Source of the DNA: a phage
Direction: 5' to 3' (one strand)
Sequence record: NC_105617.1
Length of the DNA: 50,709 bases
Part shown: positions 20,130 to 27,750 of the stretch, piece by piece
Layout of the letters: every line of letters begins with the position of its first letter
Position numbering within the stretch: the stretch's first letter is position 1
Notes under the pieces: generated by a model
The model's database searches: none
What the model was told of the DNA's origin: nothing
Seen by the model: the letters and a program-made list of their open reading frames with translations, nothing else
Program-made: the position numbers and the translations under genes

Positions 20130-21102
20130 AATACATGTTCGGAAGAACTATCAACGGAGATTGAATTGCTATGTTCCTGTTAGGCATCACGAATTGCTGT
20201 CGAGAGTAGTTGCCAACAACCTTATTTTTAGCAACTCTTACCTTGTTTCCAGCCATTCTAATCCCGTTCATCCTTACGTGGTTATATCCTCCATTCCCTT
20301 CAATAAGTGCGCCGCAGTATGATAGCTGAATCAAGCTGTTTCCTATATCCTGATCCCCCGTTCCGATGTTGATTACGCGGTTGTAAACGAATGGCTTATT
20401 TACTGTAGAAAAAGTAACCTGACCTTGCTTGTTTGTCATTGTTATACCGTTACCGCCGCGAGGTGGAGTGTTATTGAATATAACTAAATCCATAGAAACA
20501 GAGGCTGTTACGTCATCTCTCCCCCCGTATGATGCATTCCTTACCGTGATGTTTGAACCGTCAAATCCAACGCTTACATTAGGATCGTCCCATCTGGCGA
20601 AAGGTATGCCGCTTACTGGCAACTTCATGTTTCCATTTACAGTTATACGTTTTGAGTATTGGCACGTCATTAATTTTGCAACGTTTGATATAGCTGTGAA
20701 ATCAGTAGAGTTTGCAACCAGTAAGCCCTCGTTTCTTGTTCCTACTGGCAATATTTCCATGACAGTACCAGCCCATTGAGGTAGCCCGTTATATGCACTC
20801 AATGCATCATCGCCTCTAATTATCACTCCGCTATTGCCATTCCTTGATACCGTCGTCGCATAAAACGGATCTGGTATAACAAGTGTCTGGTCGAACACCT
20901 CAATAACGTCAACAGGTTTTGTGAAAACAACAACAACCTGAGATCCCGGAGTTAATGGAGTATTTACTGTTAACGTCTTGTTTGATTGCGCCCTCTGATT
21001 AAAGTTAGCGCAGAATGACGGTGCGCGAAGCCCTGCCGTTATTTGCATCGCTGGTCGTCCGTCATTGTAGTTTACATATATCCCCTCACCCATAATTACC
21101 AC
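20128..21102 (-). CDS. Hypothetical beta-rich protein; candidate receptor-binding/host-range protein
   Basis: 324 aa, Gly/Asn/Thr/Val-rich; start overlaps the stop of the upstream Cor-like gene (same strand); function inferred from context only. Confidence 0.3.
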   Translation of the reverse strand: MVIMGEGIYVNYNDGRPAMQITAGLRAPSFCANFNQRAQSNKTLTVNTPLTPGSQVVVVFTKPVDVIEVFDQTLVIPDPFYATTVSRNGNSGVIIRGDDALSAYNGLPQWAGTVMEILPVGTRNEGLLVANSTDFTAISNVAKLMTCQYSKRITVNGNMKLPVSGIPFARWDDPNVSVGFDGSNITVRNASYGGRDDVTASVSMDLVIFNNTPPRGGNGITMTNKQGQVTFSTVNKPFVYNRVINIGTGDQDIGNSLIQLSYCGALIEGNGGYNHVRMNGIRMAGNKVRVAKNKVVGNYSRQQFVMPNRNIAIQSPLIVLPNMY

Positions 21103-21326
21103 TCCTTAGTTTTGACTGAGATCTTACCGCTAAAGTTGCCCTGATTGTCGTCTGATGAAAGGCCTTTGAATCGCATGTCAACTTCTCCAGCAGGCACTTT
21201 CTTACCGTCAATGAATCGCATCATGCAAGATCCGTAAGCGTAAGTAACACAGTCGCCATTCTTAAGATTCTGAGCGCAACCAGTCAGGATGAACGCAGCG
21301 GCGATAATGGTGATTAACTTTTTCAT
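21096..21326 (-). CDS. Cor-like outer-membrane lipoprotein (superinfection exclusion candidate)
   Basis: 76 aa; signal peptide with lipobox LTGC (MKKLITIIAAAFILTGC); own sigma70-like promoter upstream; size and position next to tail genes as for cor in T1/phi80-type phages. Confidence 0.5.
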   Translation of the reverse strand: MKKLITIIAAAFILTGCAQNLKNGDCVTYAYGSCMMRFIDGKKVPAGEVDMRFKGLSSDDNQGNFSGKISVKTKEW

Positions 21327-21355
21327 TTGTATGCCCTCGTCGTTAGTGTGTTTGA

Positions 21356-21384
21356 ATTGTATGTCGCATTTACTTTTATTGCAA
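21356..21384 (-). promoter_or_regulatory. Sigma70-like promoter for cor-like operon
   Basis: Minus strand TTGCAA-17 bp-TACAAT, about 25 nt upstream of RBS GAGGG. Confidence 0.5.
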
Positions 21385-21399
21385 TAGTTCGATTACAAT

Positions 21400-21790
21400 T
21401 TTTTTTCGCGTAACAGGTGTCTATTTTTGTAACTGGAAGTGGTGTTACAAAATCGACCTCATTCGACCGCAGGTAGATATGATAAAAACTCTATATAATA
21501 TATATAGATAGATAATATTTAATTTTAGCTTTATATATATAATTATTGCTGTGTAACAGTTGTCTATCATGTAACAGGTGATTTGATTGATTCGTCAAAT
21601 TTCTATCATATATGTTCAAAATTTAATCAATCTTGGTTCTATTCATGGATATCTGTGTATTTATAAGAAAAAGCGGTTACAAGTGTTACACAATATACAC
21701 CACATAAAATCAGTGTTAATCTATTGATTCCATTGATGCTGGTTGTAACTTGAGCGATATAGACACACGATTACACACCAATTACATGTA
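21400..21790. repeat. AT-rich divergent control region with iteron-like repeats (hub 1)
   Basis: GTAACAG(G/T)TGTCTAT at 21411 and 21556, further GTAACAGGTG/GTTACAA copies, long (TA)n tracts 21490-21545. Confidence 0.5.
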
Positions 21791-21795
21791 TTCGA

Positions 21796-21823
21796 TTGAC
21801 TAAACGCTGTTAATGGCTATAAT
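21796..21823 (+). promoter_or_regulatory. Consensus-like sigma70 promoter for exonuclease-erf-ssb operon
   Basis: TTGACT-16 bp-TATAAT, 31 nt upstream of the start codon at 21855. Confidence 0.55.
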
Positions 21824-21854
21824 GGATTCATCGTAAACGAAGGAGATAAACGAA

Positions 21855-22919
21855 ATGTTCCAGGTATTCACATCAAACCAGCTTTCTAATGACGAGTATC
21901 ATAGCAATGAAGGTTGGGCGGCAGAGTATGTAAGCGGATCGAGCCTTGCAGAAATTTATCAGACCTGCCCGGCTAACTGGCGATTCAAGAAAAACGAGAC
22001 AACGAAAGCGCTGGAGTTCGGTACTCAGTCTCATACCAACTTCGAGAGTCGCGATCTGTTTACTGCAACTTATGCTCGTTGTCCGGCTCCGTCAGAGTTT
22101 AAAGATCTCATTACTTCGCAAGCTGCACTGGCGGCAAAATTAAAATCCTTTGGCCTGAAAGGTACATCCGGTAAGCAGTACCCTGACCTCATCAAAATGA
22201 TGGTTGATTGTGGTGAAGAACTCAATGTCCAATACCTGATTGAACTGATCGCAGAGGCTGAGGCGCGCGCTGAAGGAAAGCAACTCGTTGACGCTGATAA
22301 ATACGACGCCTGCATGAAGATGAGAGCCATACTTGAGCAAAACCCTGATCACGAAGCGTGCATCAACAGCGAAACGGCGCAGCGGGAGATCTCAATCTTT
22401 GGCGAGATATCCGGCGTCAAGGTTAAGGTTAGACTTGACCATCTGGACTACAAAGAGAATGTTCCAGGCCGCGTGCTGACTGGTTATGATGAGAATGGTG
22501 ATCCTGTATTTGAAGACGTGATTTTCCCTGAAGCGCTGATTATTACTGACTTCAAAACCACGATGAGCGCCAACCCGTTAGAGTTCCCGAGACTGGCATA
22601 CAATCACGGGTATTATCTTAAAATGGCCTTGCAGCATGACTTATTGCGGCGTGCAATTCAGGCTGGAGCATTTGAAGGAAACTTCCCGGAAGATATCCCG
22701 ATCGTAGTTCGATTACTGGCACAGGAGAAAAAGGAACCTTACATTGCCCTTGCTTATCGCATGACTATGGAGCAAATCAGGATCGGTCGTAACCAGTACA
22801 TTAGCGTAGTCCACACTTACAAGGCTTGCTCTGAGATGGATGTATGGCCTGGATATGCTGGCGACGCAAGCGAGATCGAACTCGAAACGCCGTCATGGGT
22901 ACGATATCAAAACAAGTAA
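21855..22919 (+). CDS. Recombination-associated exonuclease (putative)
   Basis: 354 aa, first gene after a consensus sigma70 promoter, immediately upstream of Erf-like and SSB genes; possible PD-(D/E)xK signature (IITDFKT); weak on sequence alone. Confidence 0.4.
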   Translation: MFQVFTSNQLSNDEYHSNEGWAAEYVSGSSLAEIYQTCPANWRFKKNETTKALEFGTQSHTNFESRDLFTATYARCPAPSEFKDLITSQAALAAKLKSFGLKGTSGKQYPDLIKMMVDCGEELNVQYLIELIAEAEARAEGKQLVDADKYDACMKMRAILEQNPDHEACINSETAQREISIFGEISGVKVKVRLDHLDYKENVPGRVLTGYDENGDPVFEDVIFPEALIITDFKTTMSANPLEFPRLAYNHGYYLKMALQHDLLRRAIQAGAFEGNFPEDIPIVVRLLAQEKKEPYIALAYRMTMEQIRIGRNQYISVVHTYKACSEMDVWPGYAGDASEIELETPSWVRYQNK

Positions 22920-22929
22920 ACGGCACAAA

Positions 22930-22985
22930 TAGCTAAACAAATAATTAATGAGGTGTTATAATGCACCTCATACACCAATCAGGAG
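22930..22985 (+). promoter_or_regulatory. Degenerate box-hairpin cassette upstream of erf-like gene
   Basis: tagctaaac box, hairpin gaggtg/cacctc with TATAAT in loop, then CACCAATCAGGAG leader. Confidence 0.4.
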
Positions 22986-22993
22986 AAGTTAAG

Positions 22994-23641
22994 ATGCAAT
23001 TATCACCGGAAACAAACGAAATCCTCCCAGCACTGTTTAATGCTCGCAATAAATTCGCTAAGGCAAAGAAGGACGCTAAAAACAATCACCTGAAAAATTC
23101 ATACGCAACTCTTGATGCAATGATGGCGGCAGTTAGTCCGGCGTTAACTGATAACGATATCATGATCCTGCAATCAATGCTTGATACCAGCACGGAAACA
23201 ACATTCCATCTTGAGACTATGCTGATTCACAAATCAGGGCAATGGGCCAAATTCTTCATGATGATGCCTATTGCAAAACGCGATCCGCAAGGTGTAGGTT
23301 CAGCAATGACTTATGCGCGACGTTACTCTCTTGCCGCAGCGCTGGGAATTAGCCAAAGTGACGATGACGCTCAGCTTGCTGTGAAATCTGTCAAGGACTG
23401 GAAGAAAGAACTTGATGCGTGCGAAGATATCGAATCACTGAAGGATGTTTGGGCCAATGCTTACCGCCAGACTGACACGGCTAGCAAGTCAATAATTCAG
23501 GATCATTACAACGCACTGAAGGCGAAGTTTGAGATCGGCAAGGCTCGCGGCATTCGCCCGGCGCAACCGGAACGGAAAAAACAGGTTGAAGCAACAAGCG
23601 CGAAACCTGTACAATCTCAATCAATAACAAACTTCGAATAA
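22994..23641 (+). CDS. ERF-family single-strand annealing protein
   Basis: Motifs KNSYATL and GSAMTYARRYSLAAALGISQSDDDA resemble the ERF signature as recalled; adjacent to SSB. Confidence 0.6.
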   Translation: MQLSPETNEILPALFNARNKFAKAKKDAKNNHLKNSYATLDAMMAAVSPALTDNDIMILQSMLDTSTETTFHLETMLIHKSGQWAKFFMMMPIAKRDPQGVGSAMTYARRYSLAAALGISQSDDDAQLAVKSVKDWKKELDACEDIESLKDVWANAYRQTDTASKSIIQDHYNALKAKFEIGKARGIRPAQPERKKQVEATSAKPVQSQSITNFE

Positions 23642-23687
23642 TCACCCGGGCGGCTTTGGTCGCCCATAAATTTTAGGAGAGAAAATC

Positions 23688-24104
23688 ATGCATATTATCA
23701 CTGGCGAGATCCGAAAAGAACCTAAGATTCTTGAACGCAACGGCGGCAACACTTATATCATCGAAATGGCAGAAAGCTACAAGCCTCGTGATGGAGATCG
23801 CGAATACACCAACTACACATTCTTTTTTAGCGACGGTGGAAAACCTGGGCTTGCTGATTGGTATCGTGAGGCGTTCCAAGTTGGTCGGGTAATCTCAGTA
23901 TCGTGCGAGACGTTGAAGATCTCATCCCGTGAACATAACGGAACGGTTTATAATTCATTACAGGCAGCTGACTTCCCTAAGCTGGTATTCAGTCAGCGAG
24001 GTCAAAGCAACCAGCAGCAACGATCGCCACAGCAACACGCTAATCAGCAGTCACAACCACAACCAAATCCTCAATCAACTTTCGACGACGATATTCCATT
24101 CTAA
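23688..24104 (+). CDS. ssb: Single-stranded DNA-binding protein
   Basis: 138 aa, Q/P-rich linker and canonical acidic tail ...FDDDIPF at the C-terminus. Confidence 0.8.
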   Translation: MHIITGEIRKEPKILERNGGNTYIIEMAESYKPRDGDREYTNYTFFFSDGGKPGLADWYREAFQVGRVISVSCETLKISSREHNGTVYNSLQAADFPKLVFSQRGQSNQQQRSPQQHANQQSQPQPNPQSTFDDDIPF

Positions 24105-24135
24105 CAAAAAGCCCCGCAATGCGGGGCGTCTTTTT
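24105..24135. terminator. Bidirectional intrinsic terminator between ssb and tail fiber
   Basis: gccccgcaatgcggggc hairpin flanked by A-run and T-run. Confidence 0.65.
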
Positions 24136-26107
24136 ACTTACTATTAAGTAAAGATTTTACAATCAATTTCAATTCCTCAACTTCATTCCTTAATGAAACA
24201 ATTTCCTCCTCCTGCTCTTTGCACACCTGTAGCGTGTAGGCCGTTACAGCTCCATAGTCAACAGTGTAATATCGCTCTTCAAGAAAAAGAGGAGTCCCAT
24301 CCTGATTAACACCGTAAACACCATCCTCTTTCCTTCTGTAAGTTGTTCCAACAGCCTCCGGAACAACATCCATGAACTCCTGAGCTATAACCCCAGCATA
24401 AGGTAGTCCATCGTCCTTAAATGTGTACGTGTATCCTCCAACCTTTGACAGACCGCTCCTTGCGTTCTCTATAACCTTTATGTTTTCCTTTAAATCCCTG
24501 TCAGAGGTCTGATTAAAGGCTTTCGCCTCAGCAGTTCCTGATATGTTTAGAACGTGGCTATTATCGCTGTTTCTCTGTATATACATAGCGTAAGCCGAAG
24601 CGCCACCAGTCTCAAATAGAAATTCTATAACCCCAGGTCGCCCGGTATTGTTTCCCCACAATCTCTGTATTCCGTTAAGAGACGGAGATTGAACTTGGTG
24701 CGCCATGCTTCTTGAGCCATTGACATGATTAATGTTTCCAGCATTAACCCTTACCGCCCTTCCGGATTGTGCTGTTATTGCAACATCCCCAGGACCTTCA
24801 AGAGTTAATGAGTTTTTACCAATATCTGAATAAAGCGTTATATTTGTTGTTTCATTTGAACCCTTACCCAAAAAGAACGCTCTTGTTTTGTTTTTCCTGT
24901 AACCAGATAGAATTGGAGCGTCGTTACTCTCTGGTCTTATGTCTAAATATGAATTAGTGGTTAGACCTTTCGCGGCAGATAAAGCTCCTGGAACTCTTAA
25001 GTCACCGTTCTTTGAAAAATCAAGGAATTGAGGGTTGTTATTATCACTCCTGTTAATTAATGAAAAATTACCACCGCCGCTAGCCCTGATCTCACCTTGA
25101 GAAATAACATCCCCTCCGATAGATCCGGAGTAGTGAACCCATACAGTTGACGGCCCTACAGTGTTTAACTGCCCGACAGATTGGTTTACAATGCTCCCGT
25201 TCGTGTTCTTAATACCTAAAAACTCAGGTGTATTTTTTTTACCTAACCCCAAATTATCACGGGACTTTGATGCATCCTGAACATCACTAAGGTTTTTATC
25301 CTTGCGAAGTAGATTCGCTGCATCAACGCTATTTGCTGCGTCCTTAGCTTCCTGCGCGCTTACTGACGCCGCACCCTTTGCGCTAACCGCAGAATCACGC
25401 GCCGCCTGGGCGTCGTTTTTTGCTGAGGTTGCAGTTTGCGCCGCCGCCTGGGCGTTGTTAACGTAACCTGACAGATCTCCTTTGGCGTCATTGATTGCTT
25501 TAATGGCTGCTTTCTCTTCCGTGTCGATGTGCGTAATCGCCGCTGATTCTTTAGAGCCTACATCTGTGATCGCTTGTTCTTTTGCTGCATTGATGCTACC
25601 GACTGCCCCGTCAACAATTTGCTGAACTTGGCCTTTGGTGGCTTTAGCTTCGTCACGTGCTGCATTCGCTGAGTCGCGAGCAAGTTCCGCTTGATTCTGT
25701 GCAGATTCAGCGGCTGATTTGTTCGCCTTAATTTCTTCAACGATGCGGTTAAGGTTATCCATATCCAGACTCGCAATGATATCCATTGCCCCGGCAATCT
25801 CAGTCTCTTTGCTTTGATAGTATCGAAGCGTCTCAGCGACGTTTTGAGCCAATCCGTTAACAGTCAGTGAATCGTTAAGCAAGATCACATACTTACCGTC
25901 AGAGGCAGTCTGACCGTCGGTAGAGATAGCCTTTAATTCTGTGTCGCTAACGATATCGCTAATCACCGCCAGCTTAATTGGTTGCTCAAGGAATACGATA
26001 GTTGCACCTACGCGAATTAGAGCAAGCTGATCTTTCCATTTTGTATCGGTTCCGTGAACCGTTCCGTCTGCATCCATCGATGCTGTACCGCGTCTGTATA
26101 AAGCCAT
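24134..26107 (-). CDS. Tail fiber with C-terminal intramolecular chaperone (peptidase S74-like) domain
   Basis: 657 aa; C-terminal segment SGLSKVGGYTYTFKDDGLPYAGVIAQEFMDVVPEAV typical of self-cleaving fiber chaperone domains; Ala/Gln-rich coiled-coil shaft. Confidence 0.7.
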   Translation of the reverse strand: MALYRRGTASMDADGTVHGTDTKWKDQLALIRVGATIVFLEQPIKLAVISDIVSDTELKAISTDGQTASDGKYVILLNDSLTVNGLAQNVAETLRYYQSKETEIAGAMDIIASLDMDNLNRIVEEIKANKSAAESAQNQAELARDSANAARDEAKATKGQVQQIVDGAVGSINAAKEQAITDVGSKESAAITHIDTEEKAAIKAINDAKGDLSGYVNNAQAAAQTATSAKNDAQAARDSAVSAKGAASVSAQEAKDAANSVDAANLLRKDKNLSDVQDASKSRDNLGLGKKNTPEFLGIKNTNGSIVNQSVGQLNTVGPSTVWVHYSGSIGGDVISQGEIRASGGGNFSLINRSDNNNPQFLDFSKNGDLRVPGALSAAKGLTTNSYLDIRPESNDAPILSGYRKNKTRAFFLGKGSNETTNITLYSDIGKNSLTLEGPGDVAITAQSGRAVRVNAGNINHVNGSRSMAHQVQSPSLNGIQRLWGNNTGRPGVIEFLFETGGASAYAMYIQRNSDNSHVLNISGTAEAKAFNQTSDRDLKENIKVIENARSGLSKVGGYTYTFKDDGLPYAGVIAQEFMDVVPEAVGTTYRRKEDGVYGVNQDGTPLFLEERYYTVDYGAVTAYTLQVCKEQEEEIVSLRNEVEELKLIVKSLLNSK

Positions 26108-26120
26108 AGTATAAACTCCT

Positions 26121-26143
26121 TAAGTAAATAGCACGAATTGCTA
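26121..26143 (-). promoter_or_regulatory. Reverse-oriented TAGCAC box upstream of tail fiber gene
   Basis: Minus strand reads ttagcaattcgtgctatttact directly before RBS GGAG of the fiber gene. Confidence 0.4.
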
Positions 26144-26185
26144 AGCATTGATTTTATCATTGCGCTATGAGTCTTGCAACGGGCA

Positions 26186-26207
26186 ACAAAAAACCGCCCT
26201 AAGGCGG
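26186..26207 (-). terminator. Intrinsic terminator after primase gene
   Basis: ccgccctaaggcgg hairpin; T-run on minus strand. Confidence 0.55.
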
Positions 26208-27143
26208 TTATAGTAGATCGCTTGCTGAGAATAGCTTGGCTTGCATTCCTGAACGGTATCCTCCAGGATTCGGGATGATTATTTTTAATTGTCGGTCATC
26301 GGCCATGTATAAAGTCTCCTTATCTGAAGGTTCGCACGCCACTCTTACCTCTCGATCCCCTTTGTATCTGTACGCAACCATTTCGAGATTTTCAGGAGTG
26401 AAACAGGACCACACCTCTTGTTTTGTGTGAAAAGCTATGTGCTGAGCGTCAATCCAGTTTAGACACAAGTAGATCGCCTTTTCAGTTTTACCAGTCACGG
26501 CAACCGAGCAACTCGTGTATTTCTTCGCGTAAAATGACTCCCTTCCTTCTTCATCAATAATCAAAATATTGCAAAACTCATCATCAAGTCCATCCTCGTG
26601 CACAAGTTGACACGGGATAGTGTGAAATACGCTCTCCCCGCCATCTTCGCGACGCTTTACCCCAACGTCGAATGATTCAGTAGGTAGCGATTCAAACATG
26701 CTTAGAGGCGTGTTTACGCGCTTCTCTGTGCGCTCCATGACTTTCATCACCGCTTCATGATCTGCCATCATGACATTGACGCCCGATACCGGAGTCCGGC
26801 GCGCTTTCTTGTTTGCCTTGACGATGTATTCCTGCGGAACTTTTCCGAGAAATCTTCCCAGGATATTTATGCACTCGCTATACGGCATACCAGTTAATTT
26901 CATCAACCAACCTATCCCGGAGTCGTTACCGCATGAGTTGCAGATTGCACCGCCGTCTCCTGGGGTATTCAGATTGTCGGTCCAGCGAAAACGGTCTTTA
27001 CCTCCACAGTTAGGGCAAGGTTGATGCTTCTTGTTGAATACCTCGTTAGGTAATCCGCATACCGACTGGAAGGCATCTCGCCATAACCCCTTCATATACG
27101 GCAAGACGTCCTCTTTCTGAAACATCATAAACTCTTCGTTCAC
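26208..27143 (-). CDS. DNA primase (zinc-ribbon type, putative)
   Basis: CPNCGGKDRFRW...CNSCG zinc-ribbon near N-terminus; neighbours helicase; start codon uncertain (GTG 27143 or ATG 27128). Confidence 0.5.
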   Translation of the reverse strand: MNEEFMMFQKEDVLPYMKGLWRDAFQSVCGLPNEVFNKKHQPCPNCGGKDRFRWTDNLNTPGDGGAICNSCGNDSGIGWLMKLTGMPYSECINILGRFLGKVPQEYIVKANKKARRTPVSGVNVMMADHEAVMKVMERTEKRVNTPLSMFESLPTESFDVGVKRREDGGESVFHTIPCQLVHEDGLDDEFCNILIIDEEGRESFYAKKYTSCSVAVTGKTEKAIYLCLNWIDAQHIAFHTKQEVWSCFTPENLEMVAYRYKGDREVRVACEPSDKETLYMADDRQLKIIIPNPGGYRSGMQAKLFSASDLL

Positions 27144-27155
27144 TTCCAGATCTCC

Positions 27156-27195
27156 AAATAAAAAACGCGTAGAAGGATGTTAACCCGCTACGCGT
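27156..27195 (-). terminator. Terminator-like hairpin after regulator gene
   Basis: acgcgtag/ctacgcgt stem with long loop; T-run on minus strand. Confidence 0.35.
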
Positions 27196-27203
27196 AGTTT
27201 GTT

Positions 27204-27656
27204 TTAACTAAAAATGCTATTTGTCGTTCCAATATCTTCCTTCTTCACGACCCGCATAAACTTCTTGTTTTTGCAGCGCTTCTCAAGGCACTTGCCGTTC
27301 CCATCAAACTTCAGATCGAATCGCAGCCATGCGGCCCGAAATCCTTTGCAACCCTGTCGGCGATAAGCACGATGCGCCGCTTCAGCGCCTTGCCAGGAAA
27401 TCATATTTCGATCCTTCCAACCTTGAACCGTCTGGTTGCTAACTTTCAGAGCCTTTGCACAAGCCGCCGGACCACCATAATATTCAATAAGAGCATCCAA
27501 TCGCGCCCTCAGTCCTGCGCGCGTTTCTTCTTTATGGATATAAAATCCGCAGCGCTGGCGGGGCTTTTTGTCTTTACCGCGTCGTGTTCCGTTGTTACCA
27601 TTGATGTGACGCTTATCGATTTCACCAGTTGACTCTGCGATACGTTTCATATTCAT
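27204..27656 (-). CDS. Cro/YdaS-like HTH transcriptional regulator
   Basis: Start at ATG 27656 with RBS AGGAGAG; segment YYGGPAACAKALKVSNQTVQGW matches Cro/YdaS-type HTH pattern; basic N-terminal region. Confidence 0.45.
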   Translation of the reverse strand: MNMKRIAESTGEIDKRHINGNNGTRRGKDKKPRQRCGFYIHKEETRAGLRARLDALIEYYGGPAACAKALKVSNQTVQGWKDRNMISWQGAEAAHRAYRRQGCKGFRAAWLRFDLKFDGNGKCLEKRCKNKKFMRVVKKEDIGTTNSIFS

Positions 27657-27669
27657 CCTAACTCTCCTG

Positions 27670-27720
27670 TAGCACTTTTTGCTAAAAACGTTTACTGTAT
27701 GCCGTGTATTATATCGTAAA
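27670..27720 (+). promoter_or_regulatory. Box-hairpin-(-10) cassette upstream of helicase
   Basis: tagcactttttgctaaaa, 22-nt spacer, TATTAT; hairpin cgtttac/gtaaacg. Confidence 0.5.
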
Positions 27721-27750
27721 CGATACAACGATTCAAAGGATTAAATAGCC

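Noticed and set aside
20429-20779. Plus-strand 116-aa ORF opposite the 324-aa minus-strand gene
   Set aside because: Antisense to a longer ORF that is translationally coupled to the Cor-like gene; no RBS.
21480-21550. Possible CRISPR-like or tandem repeat array in the AT-rich hubs (also 41280-41360)
   Set aside because: Repeats are short, irregularly spaced and mostly simple TA tracts or 8-15 bp iteron-like motifs; no regular repeat-spacer periodicity.
27204-27656. Cro-like HTH protein as evidence of a lysogeny switch
   Set aside because: No integrase, CI-like repressor with peptidase domain, or excisionase found anywhere in the window; an isolated Cro-like HTH fits an early regulator of a virulent phage.
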